The notes under the pieces are model-generated. The model ran no database searches and was not told where the DNA came from. It saw only the letters and a list, made by a program, of their open reading frames with translations. Positions 18,093 through 27,211 of a DNA stretch of 64,000 nucleotides are shown piece after piece. Numbering within the stretch: the stretch's first letter is position 1; each line of letters begins with the position of its first letter. The position numbers and the translations under genes are program-made. The stretch comes from a virus: positions 1 through 64,000 of the IMG/VR virus record IMGVR_UViG_3300006790_000001, one strand, 5' to 3'.

Positions 18093-19431
18093 AGACGATC
18101 TGTACCCATACCAAGCGGATGGGGTTGCGTGGCTGCGTCAAGGGGGGCGTCGTCTGCTTGGTGACGACCCTGGGTTGGGGAAGACGCCGCAGGCGTTGAT
18201 CGCTGCGAAGGGTCCTTGTTTGGTGGTGGCCCGGTCGACGTTGCACGGCCAGTGGGCCGAGGAGGCTGAGCGGTGGAGGCCCGACCTGGAGCTGACCATC
18301 GCCACGTATCAGGGCACTGCTTTGCGGGATGGGCGAAGGATCGTTAAGGGCCGGATCCGGGCGGATTTAGATCGGGAGTGGGGGACGATCATCTTTGATG
18401 AGGCGACGGCCTTGAAGGGGCGGAAGGCCAATGTCGCCAAGGTCGCCGAGAAGCTGGTGGAGCGGACCGAGAACGCTTACCTGTTGAGCGGGACGCCGAT
18501 CCCGAATTGGGCGCATGAGTGGTTTCAGTTGTTGAGGATCATGCGGCCTGAGGGGGTTGATGTCGGTTCGTATTGGCGATGGGTTGGCCATTGGTTCGAT
18601 CAGCACGAGGTGACGTTTCAGCGGGGCAAGCGGCCGACGAAGATTATTGGGGGGTTGCAGTCTCGGTGGACGTGGGATGACTTCATCACTCAGAACAGTT
18701 TGGACAAAGTCTATTTGGGGCGTCGGAAGGAGGATCATTTGCCGGGGTTGCCGCCGTTGACGGTGACGCCGATGGCCATTGAGATGCCACCGGCTCAGCG
18801 GAAGCTGTATGAGTCGTTGAAGAAGGATTATGTGGCTTGGGTTGAGGAGACCGGCGAAGAGGTTTCGGCTTGGTCGTCGGGGGGGTTGCACACCAAGTTG
18901 CGGAAGGCTGCAACTGGGGTTCCGGTTGTTGCGCCGGATTCTCCTGGCCCGGCGGCCAAGGTGCAGGCTGCGATCGACTTAGCGGTTGACCAGTTGCCGG
19001 TGGTGATGTTCTGCCATTACCGCCGGTCGGTTGAGTTCACTGCGGCTGAGGCTGAGCGGCAGGGGTTGAAGGCCCGATCGATTATGGGCGGGATGAAGGC
19101 CGATGAGATCGACGAGGTTCGTCAGGCGTTTCAGTCGGGTGAGGTCGATGTGTTGGTGGGGACGTTTGAGATGATGTCGGAGGGGCTGACCTTGCATCGG
19201 GCAAATTTGGGGATCATGATCGAGAAGAGCTTTCGGCCTGATCTGAATCAGCAGGCCATGGACCGGTTGCATCGGATTGGGCAGGGTCGTCCGGTGACCA
19301 TTGTTGATCTGTATTCGGCGGGGACTGTGGACGAGGGTCAGCGGAAGTTGTTGGATGAGAAGTTGGCTGAGACGGGGGCGTTGATGGGGGAGCTGAGGTT
19401 GAGCGCCGGGAAATTTTTGGCTCTGATCTAA
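18082..19431 (+). CDS. SNF2/RAD54-family helicase
   Basis: DDPGLGKTPQAL (motif I), FDEATALKG (DEAx box), LLSGTPIPN (motif III), and C-terminal ..DRLHRIGQGRPVTIVDL (motif VI). Confidence 0.85.
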   Translation: MLTEDDLYPYQADGVAWLRQGGRRLLGDDPGLGKTPQALIAAKGPCLVVARSTLHGQWAEEAERWRPDLELTIATYQGTALRDGRRIVKGRIRADLDREWGTIIFDEATALKGRKANVAKVAEKLVERTENAYLLSGTPIPNWAHEWFQLLRIMRPEGVDVGSYWRWVGHWFDQHEVTFQRGKRPTKIIGGLQSRWTWDDFITQNSLDKVYLGRRKEDHLPGLPPLTVTPMAIEMPPAQRKLYESLKKDYVAWVEETGEEVSAWSSGGLHTKLRKAATGVPVVAPDSPGPAAKVQAAIDLAVDQLPVVMFCHYRRSVEFTAAEAERQGLKARSIMGGMKADEIDEVRQAFQSGEVDVLVGTFEMMSEGLTLHRANLGIMIEKSFRPDLNQQAMDRLHRIGQGRPVTIVDLYSAGTVDEGQRKLLDEKLAETGALMGELRLSAGKFLALI

Positions 19432-19442
19432 CCCATGGAGAG

Positions 19443-19473
19443 TTGCCACCCGGTGCGATCTATCTGTTAGGGT
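19443..19473 (+). promoter_or_regulatory. possible sigma-70-type promoter for a leaderless transcript
   Basis: TTGCCA-N19-TAGGGT, then 7 nt to ATG 19481. The spacer is long. It contains CACC-C-GGTG. Confidence 0.25.
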
Positions 19474-19672
19474 GTCAGCCATGAGACCTGTCAGGTGGGA
19501 AACCATCGCCGCTATCAAGAAAGCGAAGAGCGGCGACCCCTACCTTCTGACCGAACGCAACGGGAAGCAACGCAAGGTCCCGGTCGACGCTGAAACGGCG
19601 AACGCCATCGTCGCTTTGCGACGCCAATTCGAAGACCTATCCATCCCGTCACACCCCCCTGTCAATATCTAA
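19472..19672 (+). CDS. hypothetical protein (about 63-66 aa)
   Basis: Track ORF with a GTG start at 19472. ATG 19481 is an alternative start. Confidence 0.45.
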   Translation: MSAMRPVRWETIAAIKKAKSGDPYLLTERNGKQRKVPVDAETANAIVALRRQFEDLSIPSHPPVNI

Positions 19673-19674
19673 CT

Positions 19675-20517
19675 ATGCAAACACACATCAGTTACAGCGA
19701 AATATCGGACTGGCGACAGTGCAAACTGAAGCACCGGCTCGGCTGGGTCGATCGATGGCGAAAGATCGAACCGGCCGATGCGCTCACCATCGGGACCCTG
19801 TGGCACGAGATCATGGAGGCCCACTACGCCTATGACGGCGGCAAGGTCGCCGAGCTTCTCGATCAGGGCGAATCAATCGAGGGCGGCCTCCTGGAAGGGA
19901 TCGAGGTCGGCCACGCCGGACTGCTGAACTGGATGTTCGACGGCTACATGGACCATTACAAGCCCGACGGCCTAGACGACTTCGAAGTGGTCGCCAACGA
20001 GGAAACGTGGCTGATCGAGCTGCCCAACCCGAGGACCGAGGTCACCCATCTGAAGGTGAAGCTCGACCTGCTGATCGAGGACGACGACGGGTTTGCCGTC
20101 ATGGACCACAAGTCTGGGAAGAACCGGTTGAAGCCCGACACCCTGGAACTCGACCCGCAGTTCGCTTTCTACGTTTGGGCAGCGAGATCTAAGGGCCACG
20201 ACGTGAAGCGGGCCATCCGGTCCTGGTCATGCACCAAGAAACTGAAGCGCGACATGACCTTAGAAGAGCGCTTTGAGCGGCACACCATCCGGTTCACGCC
20301 AACCATGGTCGACCGTGCGATTGCCGACCTCCAAGACGACCTAGAGCTGATGGCTCAGATGCGCGATACCCGGTCCCCGAGCGGCGATTGTTCGTGGAAG
20401 TGCAGCTTCCGCGAAGCTTGCCTGGCCAGTTATCGGCGACCGAAGCTTGAGGTTCCGGTGCTTGTCGAGACCGGCCACGAGCAAGACATGGAGAAGCTAA
20501 ATGCTGCTTTGGGTTGA
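19675..20517 (+). CDS. PD-(D/E)xK nuclease, Cas4/RecB-exonuclease-like
   Basis: An N-terminal Cys (SDWRQCKLK) plus the C-terminal GDCSWKCSFREAC cluster resemble a four-Cys Fe-S arrangement. The ..DLLIEDDDGFAVMDHKSGK.. core matches the D...(D/E)xK signature. Confidence 0.7.
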   Translation: MQTHISYSEISDWRQCKLKHRLGWVDRWRKIEPADALTIGTLWHEIMEAHYAYDGGKVAELLDQGESIEGGLLEGIEVGHAGLLNWMFDGYMDHYKPDGLDDFEVVANEETWLIELPNPRTEVTHLKVKLDLLIEDDDGFAVMDHKSGKNRLKPDTLELDPQFAFYVWAARSKGHDVKRAIRSWSCTKKLKRDMTLEERFERHTIRFTPTMVDRAIADLQDDLELMAQMRDTRSPSGDCSWKCSFREACLASYRRPKLEVPVLVETGHEQDMEKLNAALG

Positions 20518-21055
20518 TATCGCCACGACCGGGCTGGACTGGACCCGTCATCACCTATTGGAGGTGGCGGTCGTTCCGACCACCGACCAGTTGCAGTTCA
20601 TCCTTGACACCCCTGAGAGGGGCTGGCACTACGTCGTCGCTCCCCCGGTCGACCCGTGGGAAACGTGGGACCTGACCGACGACCATGACCAGGCCATCGC
20701 CTTTGAACACAACGAGAGCGGCCTGCTGGAAGCCATCAATTCGCACGGGGCCCCGTCCTGGTGGGTCGACAACGACTTGTCCGACCGGGTCAGCAACCTG
20801 ACACTCGGCGAACAAGTCACGCTCGCTGGGGCCGACATTGCCCGGTTCGATTCGCACTGGCTCAGCTGGCACCTGCCGAAAGTGTCGCAGTTCATCAACC
20901 CGTTCACCATCGACGTCATGGAGGTTGGCCGAGCGTTAGCGGCCTTCACTGGCGACGACTTGGGATTGCGCGTTGAAGCTAGCCGGGCGGGAGACAGGGC
21001 ACTGGAAGCAGTGGACCTGGGCCGACAACTCCGGTCGTATCTGCTCGGCCCATGA
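20501..21055 (+). CDS. DnaQ/oligoribonuclease-like exonuclease fold protein (motif I degenerate)
   Basis: N-terminus LLWVDIATTGLD..HHLLEVAVV resembles the Orn/DEDD Exo I region, but reads D-I-A rather than D-x-E. A later ..GADIARFDSHWL.. is Exo III-like. Confidence 0.4.
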   Translation: MLLWVDIATTGLDWTRHHLLEVAVVPTTDQLQFILDTPERGWHYVVAPPVDPWETWDLTDDHDQAIAFEHNESGLLEAINSHGAPSWWVDNDLSDRVSNLTLGEQVTLAGADIARFDSHWLSWHLPKVSQFINPFTIDVMEVGRALAAFTGDDLGLRVEASRAGDRALEAVDLGRQLRSYLLGP

Positions 21056-21390
21056 CTTTGCCGCAAGTGTGCGAGACAGCCCACGAGCTGTCAGCGATGG
21101 CCGGACCGCGGCTGAATTATCACGCAGCTCTGGCCCTGTGGCGATTCGTCGTAGCCGACGAATCAGCGGCGACCATCTGGTTCGACTACCACGACGACGG
21201 GGTCCGATGCCTCGTCGTGAACGGACTGCCGAACGCCATCGAGGGGTTGGACGACCCGGACCTGTGCGTCGGCGAATGGTGGGACAAGCACATGGGCAGC
21301 AACCGGCTCGCCTCATTTGTCGACCTCCGATACCTGCGGGATCGACTATCGACCGAAACCAACGTTAGGATTACACCCGATGCAAACTAA
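21052..21390 (+). CDS. hypothetical protein (112 aa)
   Basis: ORF coupled to the upstream gene (ATGA overlap). Confidence 0.45.
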   Translation: MTLPQVCETAHELSAMAGPRLNYHAALALWRFVVADESAATIWFDYHDDGVRCLVVNGLPNAIEGLDDPDLCVGEWWDKHMGSNRLASFVDLRYLRDRLSTETNVRITPDAN

Positions 21391-21399
21391 GACGGTCCG

Positions 21400-22260
21400 A
21401 TGAAACCGCTCAACGAACGCAAGAACATGGCCGAAGACGACGAGGAAGAATTCACTCGGGTCCTGTACTACAGCCACCCGAAGGTCGGCAAGACGACCTT
21501 CGCAGCGCACGCAACGAGCGTCGCTGACCATGTCCTATGGGTCGAAGCTGAGCCGGGCCTCAAGCGCAAAGCAATGGAACAGTGGGACGGCGTCGACCTT
21601 CAACGCATCATCCGCATCGGCACCAATGAGATCACGTTCGACAACCTCCAAGAGATATTTGGGCAAGTCGACGACCGTTGCGAACTCGGCGAGTCATGGT
21701 GCATCGTCATCGACACCATCACCAATCTCCAATCGCTGCTTCTCACGCAAACCGTTGACGAGCGAGCGAAACGCGACGGGGCGAAGCGGAACATGGACCC
21801 CACCAAGCCCGAGCTGCAGGATTACGGCACGAACACCGAGCACCTTCGGCGGCTGATGCGCCAAGCGGTCGGCACTAACTGCCACCTCGTCGTCACGGCG
21901 CACGTCCGCGACGCCGTCGACCCGGAAACCAAGGTCCCGACCGGCGAGATGATCCCGGCGACCACCGAGAAATTCGGCGAGACCCTGTTCGGGCTGGTCG
22001 ATGTCGTCATGTACGTCGACAATGTGAAAGGCACCCGCACCGGGTTCCTCGTGCCGACATCAGAACGTCGAGCAGGCGACCGGTACGGGCTGCTGCCCGT
22101 GGTGTGCCCCGACCCTACATTTGATCGTGTTCACGGCTACCTGACGGGAGCCATGACCCCGAAGGAAGACCCGGTCTACCGGGAGTTCCGCAAGGCCAAC
22201 CAGCCGCTCATCCAGAAGGAAGAGCGGCGGGCGGGCATAACCCAAGAAACCAAGGAATAA
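21400..22260 (+). CDS. RecA-fold AAA ATPase (Sak4-like recombination protein)
   Basis: Walker A (YSHPKVGKTTF) and Walker B (WCIVIDTITNL). Followed by an SSB-like gene, as in Sak4/DUF669 pairs. Confidence 0.65.
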   Translation: MKPLNERKNMAEDDEEEFTRVLYYSHPKVGKTTFAAHATSVADHVLWVEAEPGLKRKAMEQWDGVDLQRIIRIGTNEITFDNLQEIFGQVDDRCELGESWCIVIDTITNLQSLLLTQTVDERAKRDGAKRNMDPTKPELQDYGTNTEHLRRLMRQAVGTNCHLVVTAHVRDAVDPETKVPTGEMIPATTEKFGETLFGLVDVVMYVDNVKGTRTGFLVPTSERRAGDRYGLLPVVCPDPTFDRVHGYLTGAMTPKEDPVYREFRKANQPLIQKEERRAGITQETKE

Positions 22261-22264
22261 GAAA

Positions 22265-22717
22265 TTGCCAGTACTACCCAAGCAACTCCGCACACCATCG
22301 AAGATCGATGAGGCACGCGACGGCAACACAGACTATGCCCCCATCCCCGAGGGGAACTATGTGGTCGAGCTGGTCAACATCAGTCAGCGCACCTCAGCGG
22401 CCGGTAACGAGCGGCTCAACTTCGAACTGAAGGTGGTGGAAGACACCAACGGCGACGACGAATACAACAATCGGCGGGTGTTCTACGGCTCCAATATCAA
22501 CGAGCAGGGCGCACCGTGGCTGATCCGCGGTTTCGATGCGTTCGGCATCCCCCATGACGCCGACATCGACGACATGGAGGACTACTACGGCACCGAGGCT
22601 AAGGCCCGAGTCGCGATCACCGAATACAAGGGCGAGGAACGCAACGACGTCCGATCGCTCACCCCGATGAGCGTTGCGGCCGCTACGGCTGACGACGACG
22701 ACGACTGGGATGCCTGA
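22265..22717 (+). CDS. DUF669-like single-strand DNA-binding protein candidate
   Basis: 150 aa with a TTG start. Has an OB-like core and an acidic tail (ATADDDDDWDA) typical of SSB C-termini. Assignment is by synteny with the ATPase. Confidence 0.5.
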   Translation: MPVLPKQLRTPSKIDEARDGNTDYAPIPEGNYVVELVNISQRTSAAGNERLNFELKVVEDTNGDDEYNNRRVFYGSNINEQGAPWLIRGFDAFGIPHDADIDDMEDYYGTEAKARVAITEYKGEERNDVRSLTPMSVAAATADDDDDWDA

Positions 22718-23091
22718 TGCCGCTCGCACGATCCTTTCGAGTCGACCCGAACGAACTAGCTGCTCTCGTCGAACAGCTAGAAGCTGCTGTCGAAGTCGTG
22801 GGCAGCAGGACCCGAGACATCCATGATGTCCTCCCCGAAACCGTCGCCAACGTCGGGATCACCCTCGTCAGCCTTTCTAGGGTGACAGGCATCAAGTCGG
22901 GTCGGATCGCTGACATCGTCAACGGCAAGCAAACAGCCACCCCCGACGAGGCGGTCCGGCTGGCTCATTGGATGCGGGACTCGTTCACCGACAGCGGCGA
23001 ACCGATCCCCTTCTCTGCCGATCGGAAACCGAAACCGGCCAAGCGGAAGCTTGAACCGGTCCGGGATCTCGACGAGGAGGAGTGGGAGTAG
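22717..23091 (+). CDS. putative DNA-binding protein (HTH)
   Basis: 124 aa. LVSLSRVTGIKSGRIADIVNGKQTATPDEAVRLAHWM is HTH-like. Confidence 0.45.
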   Translation: MPLARSFRVDPNELAALVEQLEAAVEVVGSRTRDIHDVLPETVANVGITLVSLSRVTGIKSGRIADIVNGKQTATPDEAVRLAHWMRDSFTDSGEPIPFSADRKPKPAKRKLEPVRDLDEEEWE

Positions 23092-23113
23092 GTTAAGTTG
23101 CTCCCGACCAGGA

Positions 23114-23156
23114 GGGGCGAAGGGAGCGGTTAACCCCCCCGCCGTCCTTTCGCCCC
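23114..23156 (+). terminator. 12-bp GC-rich hairpin after gene 22717..23091
   Basis: GGGGCGAAGGGA (23114-23125) pairs with TCCTTTCGCCCC (23145-23156) with one G-U pair. There is no strong T-run, so terminator function is uncertain. Confidence 0.35.
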
Positions 23157-23207
23157 TTCTGGTCAATGCCCCCGTCCGCCCCGTCAACCCCTGGAAAGGA
23201 ACCCACC

Positions 23208-23444
23208 ATGGCGCGAGGTGTCCATCGCGACAAATTCAGACCGACAGAACAGCAGGCAGCGCTCATTGAATCGTTCCGGGCGGCTGTCATGCAGATCGCC
23301 GACAATCGTCAGATCGTTCGCTACGCCCAAGCGGAAGCGAGAACCATCGGGTTGGAAGCGTTGCAAGCGGGAGTGCCCCGAGTGATCCTGGCCGACGCTG
23401 TCGGGTCTCGCGGCGCTGTCAACCGCATCCTGCACGCCGACTGA
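23208..23444 (+). CDS. hypothetical protein (78 aa)
   Basis: ATG 23208 is preceded by GAAAGGA. Same frame as track ORF 23166... Confidence 0.45.
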   Translation: MARGVHRDKFRPTEQQAALIESFRAAVMQIADNRQIVRYAQAEARTIGLEALQAGVPRVILADAVGSRGAVNRILHAD

Positions 23445-23447
23445 TCG

Positions 23448-25475
23448 GTGACCGATGCCGCTGAAGCGGCTGTAGACCTCTCGGACCAGCTCGGCGGGGC
23501 GTCTGTGTTCCCTATCGAGCCGGGAACCAAGGGCGGCCACTACGGGCGATCCTGGGCAAAGGCTGCTTCGAATGACCCCGAAACCATTCGGCAACGCTTC
23601 GCGAAAGCGCAAGAATTCAACCGCAAACGAGGCTTGCAGGGCGATTGCAATATCGGCATCGCCTGCAAGCCGTCCGGGCTGGTCGTCGTAGACATAGACG
23701 ACAAGGGCAACAAGGACGGGTCTGCTACGTGGGCGGCGTTGACCGAAACCATAAACATCACTACCCGGACCCACACGACCCCGACCGGTGGCCGTCATGT
23801 GTTCTTCCACAGCGACGTTGACCTGCCGAACGCTGTCAACTGGGCACCCGGCCTCGATTTGCGAGCGAGCGGCGGCAGCCATGGCGGCTACGTTCTCGTC
23901 GGCGAGGTAGACGGTTCCGAACTAGGCGAGGGCTACGAACCGGGCCGAAGGTATGCGTACAGCGTCGACAACGACTGGCCCGTCGCCGCTTTGCCGACGA
24001 CCCTCTATCGGGTCATCGAGGCCCAGCTCAACGCTGCACCCGGGAACCATGCCGAGACCGCTCACTACTCGGAACTCGTCGACCGGCTCCACGAGATGAC
24101 CGACGGCGACGGCCGGAACAACACGTTCGCCGCTATCTGCGGGTACCTTCGCAACTGGATCCCTCACGATGACGCCTATCGGGCGACGGCGTGGCTGATC
24201 GGGTCGACGGCCCCGCACCCTCTCCCCGAGAAAGAATTGACGGCGACCATCCGGTCCTTGGAGAAAGCGGACCGGAAAGAGATCGCCGAAACGATCGCCG
24301 ATGTCGGCGACCGGGAGCCGACGTGGGCGGCGGTCACGGCTGAGCACATGCTCGACGTGTTCGAAGGGAACGTTTCGACGGTCGAGCCGGACGTGCTGGC
24401 CCGCTCGGACGGGGTTCACGCTATGTACACGGGCGAGACCCACATCTTCTTCGGGGAGGCGGCCATCGGCAAGTCGTGGGTGTTGATGGAAGCGTGCCGC
24501 CAAGAACTCATGAAGGGTAACGGGGTCGTTTACTTCGACCCGGAGAGCAGCGCCCGAGTGTTCACCATGAGGCTCCGATCGTTGGGTCTTCTCGACTACG
24601 TGGACCAGGACGGCGAGGTTCACCCGGGGGCGGTGGCTCCGGCCGAGTTGGCCGAGATCTGCGCCTTTGTGCGGCCCGAAACGCCGGTCGGTGTCAAGCC
24701 TGACGGCACGATCGACGGGCACCATGTCATCGATGATCTGTACGCCACGATTGAGCGGGTCGAACCTTCTCTGGTGGTGATCGACGGGTTGACGAACGCT
24801 TTCATGGCTGAGGGGTTGCAGATAAACGCAGCCGACGAGGTCGGCGCTTACTATAAGGCGTTCACTGAGCCGATCGCTCGGACGTTCGGGTGCGCAGTGG
24901 CTGCCATTGACCATGTCACCAAGGACCGGGAGCGGCGGGCAGAGGCGCTCGGTTCGCAACATAAGACGTCCGGTGTGACCGGCGCAGCTTATGGCGTGCT
25001 CGGCACGCCCGGCCAGCAGAGGGTCGGGAAGAACACGGCTGCTGACTTGTTCATGATCGGCCGGAAGGACCGGTTGGGCGGCGCTCAGGATGACATGCCG
25101 ATGGACGCTTTCGGGCAGCCGGTGTGGGCGATCGCGAGGTTGTCGCCGGTGAAGGGGAAGATGGCCATCAGGTTCGACCCGTTTGTTGTTGACCAGTTGG
25201 AGGTGATTCGGCGTCAGAATCCGCATGTGGCGATGGCTGAGCGGCTGTCTGACCAGCTCGACGAGGCGGTCAGTGTGGAAACGGCGCTGACCCGTGACGA
25301 TATCTTTCGGCGGGTCCAGGGCCAGGAGAGATACAAGAAGGACGGGCTCGATTATCTGTTGGGTTACGGGTACGCCGAACAGGTCGGGACCCGTCCCGCC
25401 CGTTACGTGCAGTTGCGGCCTTACAGGATCCATTCTGACCCGTTGTTCGAAAGAGAACCCGGCCTGGCCGGGTGA
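23448..25475 (+). CDS. bifunctional primase-polymerase (prim-pol) fused to a RepA/DnaB-like helicase ATPase
   Basis: N-terminus: FPIEPGTKGG, GLVVVDIDDK, TPTGGRHVFF, GLDLRASGG.GGYVLV (bifunctional primase/polymerase signature). C-terminus: Walker A FFGEAAIGKSWV and Walker B LVVIDGL. Confidence 0.85.
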   Translation: MTDAAEAAVDLSDQLGGASVFPIEPGTKGGHYGRSWAKAASNDPETIRQRFAKAQEFNRKRGLQGDCNIGIACKPSGLVVVDIDDKGNKDGSATWAALTETINITTRTHTTPTGGRHVFFHSDVDLPNAVNWAPGLDLRASGGSHGGYVLVGEVDGSELGEGYEPGRRYAYSVDNDWPVAALPTTLYRVIEAQLNAAPGNHAETAHYSELVDRLHEMTDGDGRNNTFAAICGYLRNWIPHDDAYRATAWLIGSTAPHPLPEKELTATIRSLEKADRKEIAETIADVGDREPTWAAVTAEHMLDVFEGNVSTVEPDVLARSDGVHAMYTGETHIFFGEAAIGKSWVLMEACRQELMKGNGVVYFDPESSARVFTMRLRSLGLLDYVDQDGEVHPGAVAPAELAEICAFVRPETPVGVKPDGTIDGHHVIDDLYATIERVEPSLVVIDGLTNAFMAEGLQINAADEVGAYYKAFTEPIARTFGCAVAAIDHVTKDRERRAEALGSQHKTSGVTGAAYGVLGTPGQQRVGKNTAADLFMIGRKDRLGGAQDDMPMDAFGQPVWAIARLSPVKGKMAIRFDPFVVDQLEVIRRQNPHVAMAERLSDQLDEAVSVETALTRDDIFRRVQGQERYKKDGLDYLLGYGYAEQVGTRPARYVQLRPYRIHSDPLFEREPGLAG

Positions 25476-25702
25476 GCAAATATTGGAAGGAAGTAGTCAT
25501 GTCTGAATCTGACAGTCGAGGGCGGCCTGACACGGCCGACGAGGTGATTCGGTTCCAAGCGTTGAAACGTGCGGAACACTTCGGGGCGGCCGCTGAGCGG
25601 TCGCTGCACGAACGGCCCGACGATTTGGAGCGGGCCCGTATCTTTGCGTCGATTTGTGCGGCGTTCGCCAAGCTCGCTACTGATCCTGGAGGGATCCGAT
25701 GA
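25472..25702 (+). CDS. hypothetical protein (76 aa)
   Basis: ORF coupled to its neighbours (GTGA overlap upstream, ATGA overlap downstream). Confidence 0.4.
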   Translation: MSKYWKEVVMSESDSRGRPDTADEVIRFQALKRAEHFGAAAERSLHERPDDLERARIFASICAAFAKLATDPGGIR

Positions 25703-25905
25703 CCATGAGCGTTTGTCAGTGTTGCAACGACCGGCGGGCCGAGGTCCGTCTGGAGGGGATAGCTCAGTCTGATCTTGATCGGGTCGCTGGGGTCGTGTTG
25801 GTGTGCGATCGGATGGACTGTTACTGGGACGGTTGCGGCCGCATCAAGTCGCTGATCCGTAAGCCATTCGTTCGTTTGGTGGCGCTCGACGATGTCGAGC
25901 AGTGA
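25699..25905 (+). CDS. hypothetical Cys-containing protein (68 aa)
   Basis: Coupled ORF. The pairs CQCC ... C..MDC could be metal-binding. Confidence 0.4.
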   Translation: MTMSVCQCCNDRRAEVRLEGIAQSDLDRVAGVVLVCDRMDCYWDGCGRIKSLIRKPFVRLVALDDVEQ

Positions 25906-26290
25906 CGCCGCCGCCGCCGCCGCCGCTTCCGCTGCCGCTGCTGGCGGTGGCGGTGGGGCAGGCGGTGACGGGGTGAATGAGTTGACGGTCGTCTGGTCGA
26001 CGCACGAGGAAGCGATGCGGACCGGCGAGTTCACGGTTTGGGTACGGAGCGGGACCCATGTTGTTGGCGGTCCGTGGCGGTTCGCTTTCGACGATGCGGC
26101 CAGATTCTTCGACGATTACGTGGCGATGATCGGCGGCCGCATGCTCGGCGTCGTTTCGGCCGTCCACGAGACTCAAGCAGCGGCAGCCATGGAAGCACGG
26201 CTCGACAAACTCGCCGAGGACCGCGAAGTCGACGAGGTCATCGGCTCAGACTCAGCGTGGCTGAAATGGTTCAACAGCGGCGAACTCTGA
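25892..26290 (+). CDS. hypothetical protein with an Ala/Gly-rich N-terminus
   Basis: 132-aa ORF. The N-terminus is encoded by a (GCC)6 microsatellite followed by GCT/GGC repeats. Confidence 0.45.
   Translation: MSSSDAAAAAAASAAAAGGGGGAGGDGVNELTVVWSTHEEAMRTGEFTVWVRSGTHVVGGPWRFAFDDAARFFDDYVAMIGGRMLGVVSAVHETQAAAAMEARLDKLAEDREVDEVIGSDSAWLKWFNSGEL
25907..25924 (+). repeat. (GCC)6 trinucleotide microsatellite inside a CDS
   Basis: Six perfect GCC units counted directly from the sequence. Confidence 0.9.
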
Positions 26291-26391
26291 TCTGTCGGTC
26301 CGGGTGCGGACATCGGGGTCATCGCCCGGACCGACAACCATCCAACCGTCCCCGAAATAGGGCAAAGGAACGCAATTGTATGGTGCCACCC

Positions 26392-26419
26392 TTGACAGAC
26401 TTGACACGGCTAGTAGACT
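26392..26419 (+). promoter_or_regulatory. sigma-70/SigA-type promoter upstream of the A+C-rich block
   Basis: TTGACA (26392-26397), 16-nt spacer, TAGACT (26414-26419). The -10 overlaps the left arm of a 12-bp inverted repeat: CTAGTAGACTCC at 26410-26421 and GGAGTCTACTAG at 26474-26485. Confidence 0.5.
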
Positions 26420-26531
26420 CCCGGCGAAGAGCGCTGCGCAGCCTTCCGCGGAGCGGCGGCTCGCACGCCTTCTGGAGTCTACTAGAAACGTCGAACAAAC
26501 GTTCTGGGGGCGTACAAATGGACCGGGAACC

Positions 26532-26987
26532 ATGAAACAAATAATCGGAATCGACCCAGGCGAAACCACCGGCATAGCCATCCTCACACTCAACGAGGAT
26601 GGCTCAATCGCGCACAAACAAACACACACAATCCAACAAACAACCCCACCCGAAATAGCAGCCGCAACCTGGCTACAAACCTGGCTAACACAATCAACAA
26701 ACCGCCAAATCACACACACAACCGTAATAATCGAAGACTACAAACTCCGACTAGAAACAGCCTCACTACACATAAACCAACCACTCACAACAGCCGAAAC
26801 AATCGGCGCACTACAACACACCACCTCACAACACCCCAACACCACAACCCACAAACAACAACCCACAATCAAGAAACCAACAACCCGACAACTACACGCA
26901 CGAAACATCCCACTAACCGGAAACAACCGACACGAAAAAGACGCCGAACTACACGCCCACTACCACCACCTAAGAAACCACCAATGA
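26532..26987 (+). CDS. RuvC-like Holliday junction resolvase (extreme A+C-rich codons)
   Basis: 151 aa from ATG 26532. IIGIDPGETTGIA (catalytic Asp motif), VIIEDY (Glu), and NRHEKDAELHA (H..D) match the order of RuvC catalytic residues. Confidence 0.6.
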   Translation: MKQIIGIDPGETTGIAILTLNEDGSIAHKQTHTIQQTTPPEIAAATWLQTWLTQSTNRQITHTTVIIEDYKLRLETASLHINQPLTTAETIGALQHTTSQHPNTTTHKQQPTIKKPTTRQLHARNIPLTGNNRHEKDAELHAHYHHLRNHQ

Positions 26988-27211
26988 CCCAACTCACCTA
27001 CTTCCTACTAGGCACCACATACGGCACCGTCGCAGGAATCACCGGACTAGACCACTGGAACACCCACGGCAAACCAGCCAACCCCAGATACACCCTCCTC
27101 TGGACACGCCGCTCAATCTGGGCAGCCACCACATGGCCCATAGGACTCCTCTACTGGACCACCCTCAAACTCACCCAACACTGGACACAACACACACGAG
27201 ACAACCAATGA
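26984..27211 (+). CDS. small membrane protein (75 aa)
   Basis: Two hydrophobic segments (YFLLGTTYGTVAGITGL and IWAATTWPIGLLYWTTL). ATGA-coupled at both ends. Lies in the A+C-rich block. Confidence 0.45.
   Translation: MTQLTYFLLGTTYGTVAGITGLDHWNTHGKPANPRYTLLWTRRSIWAATTWPIGLLYWTTLKLTQHWTQHTRDNQ

Noticed and set aside
20501-21055. Confident call as an active DEDD 3'-5' exonuclease.
   Set aside because: Exo motif I reads D-I-A instead of D-x-E, so the catalytic glutamate appears to be missing. It was downgraded to a fold-level, low-confidence call.
23922-25433. 503-aa minus-strand ORF antisense to the prim-pol/helicase gene. Similar long antisense ORFs occur at 33628..35181 (517 aa), 55285..56442 (385 aa), 30925..32034 (369 aa), 8028..9083 (351 aa) and 61735..62751 (338 aa).
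   Set aside because: Each lies entirely inside a + strand gene with recognisable motifs. Their translations are Arg/Pro/Gly/His/Asp-rich and low in complexity. Long open antisense frames are the expected artefact of high GC content.
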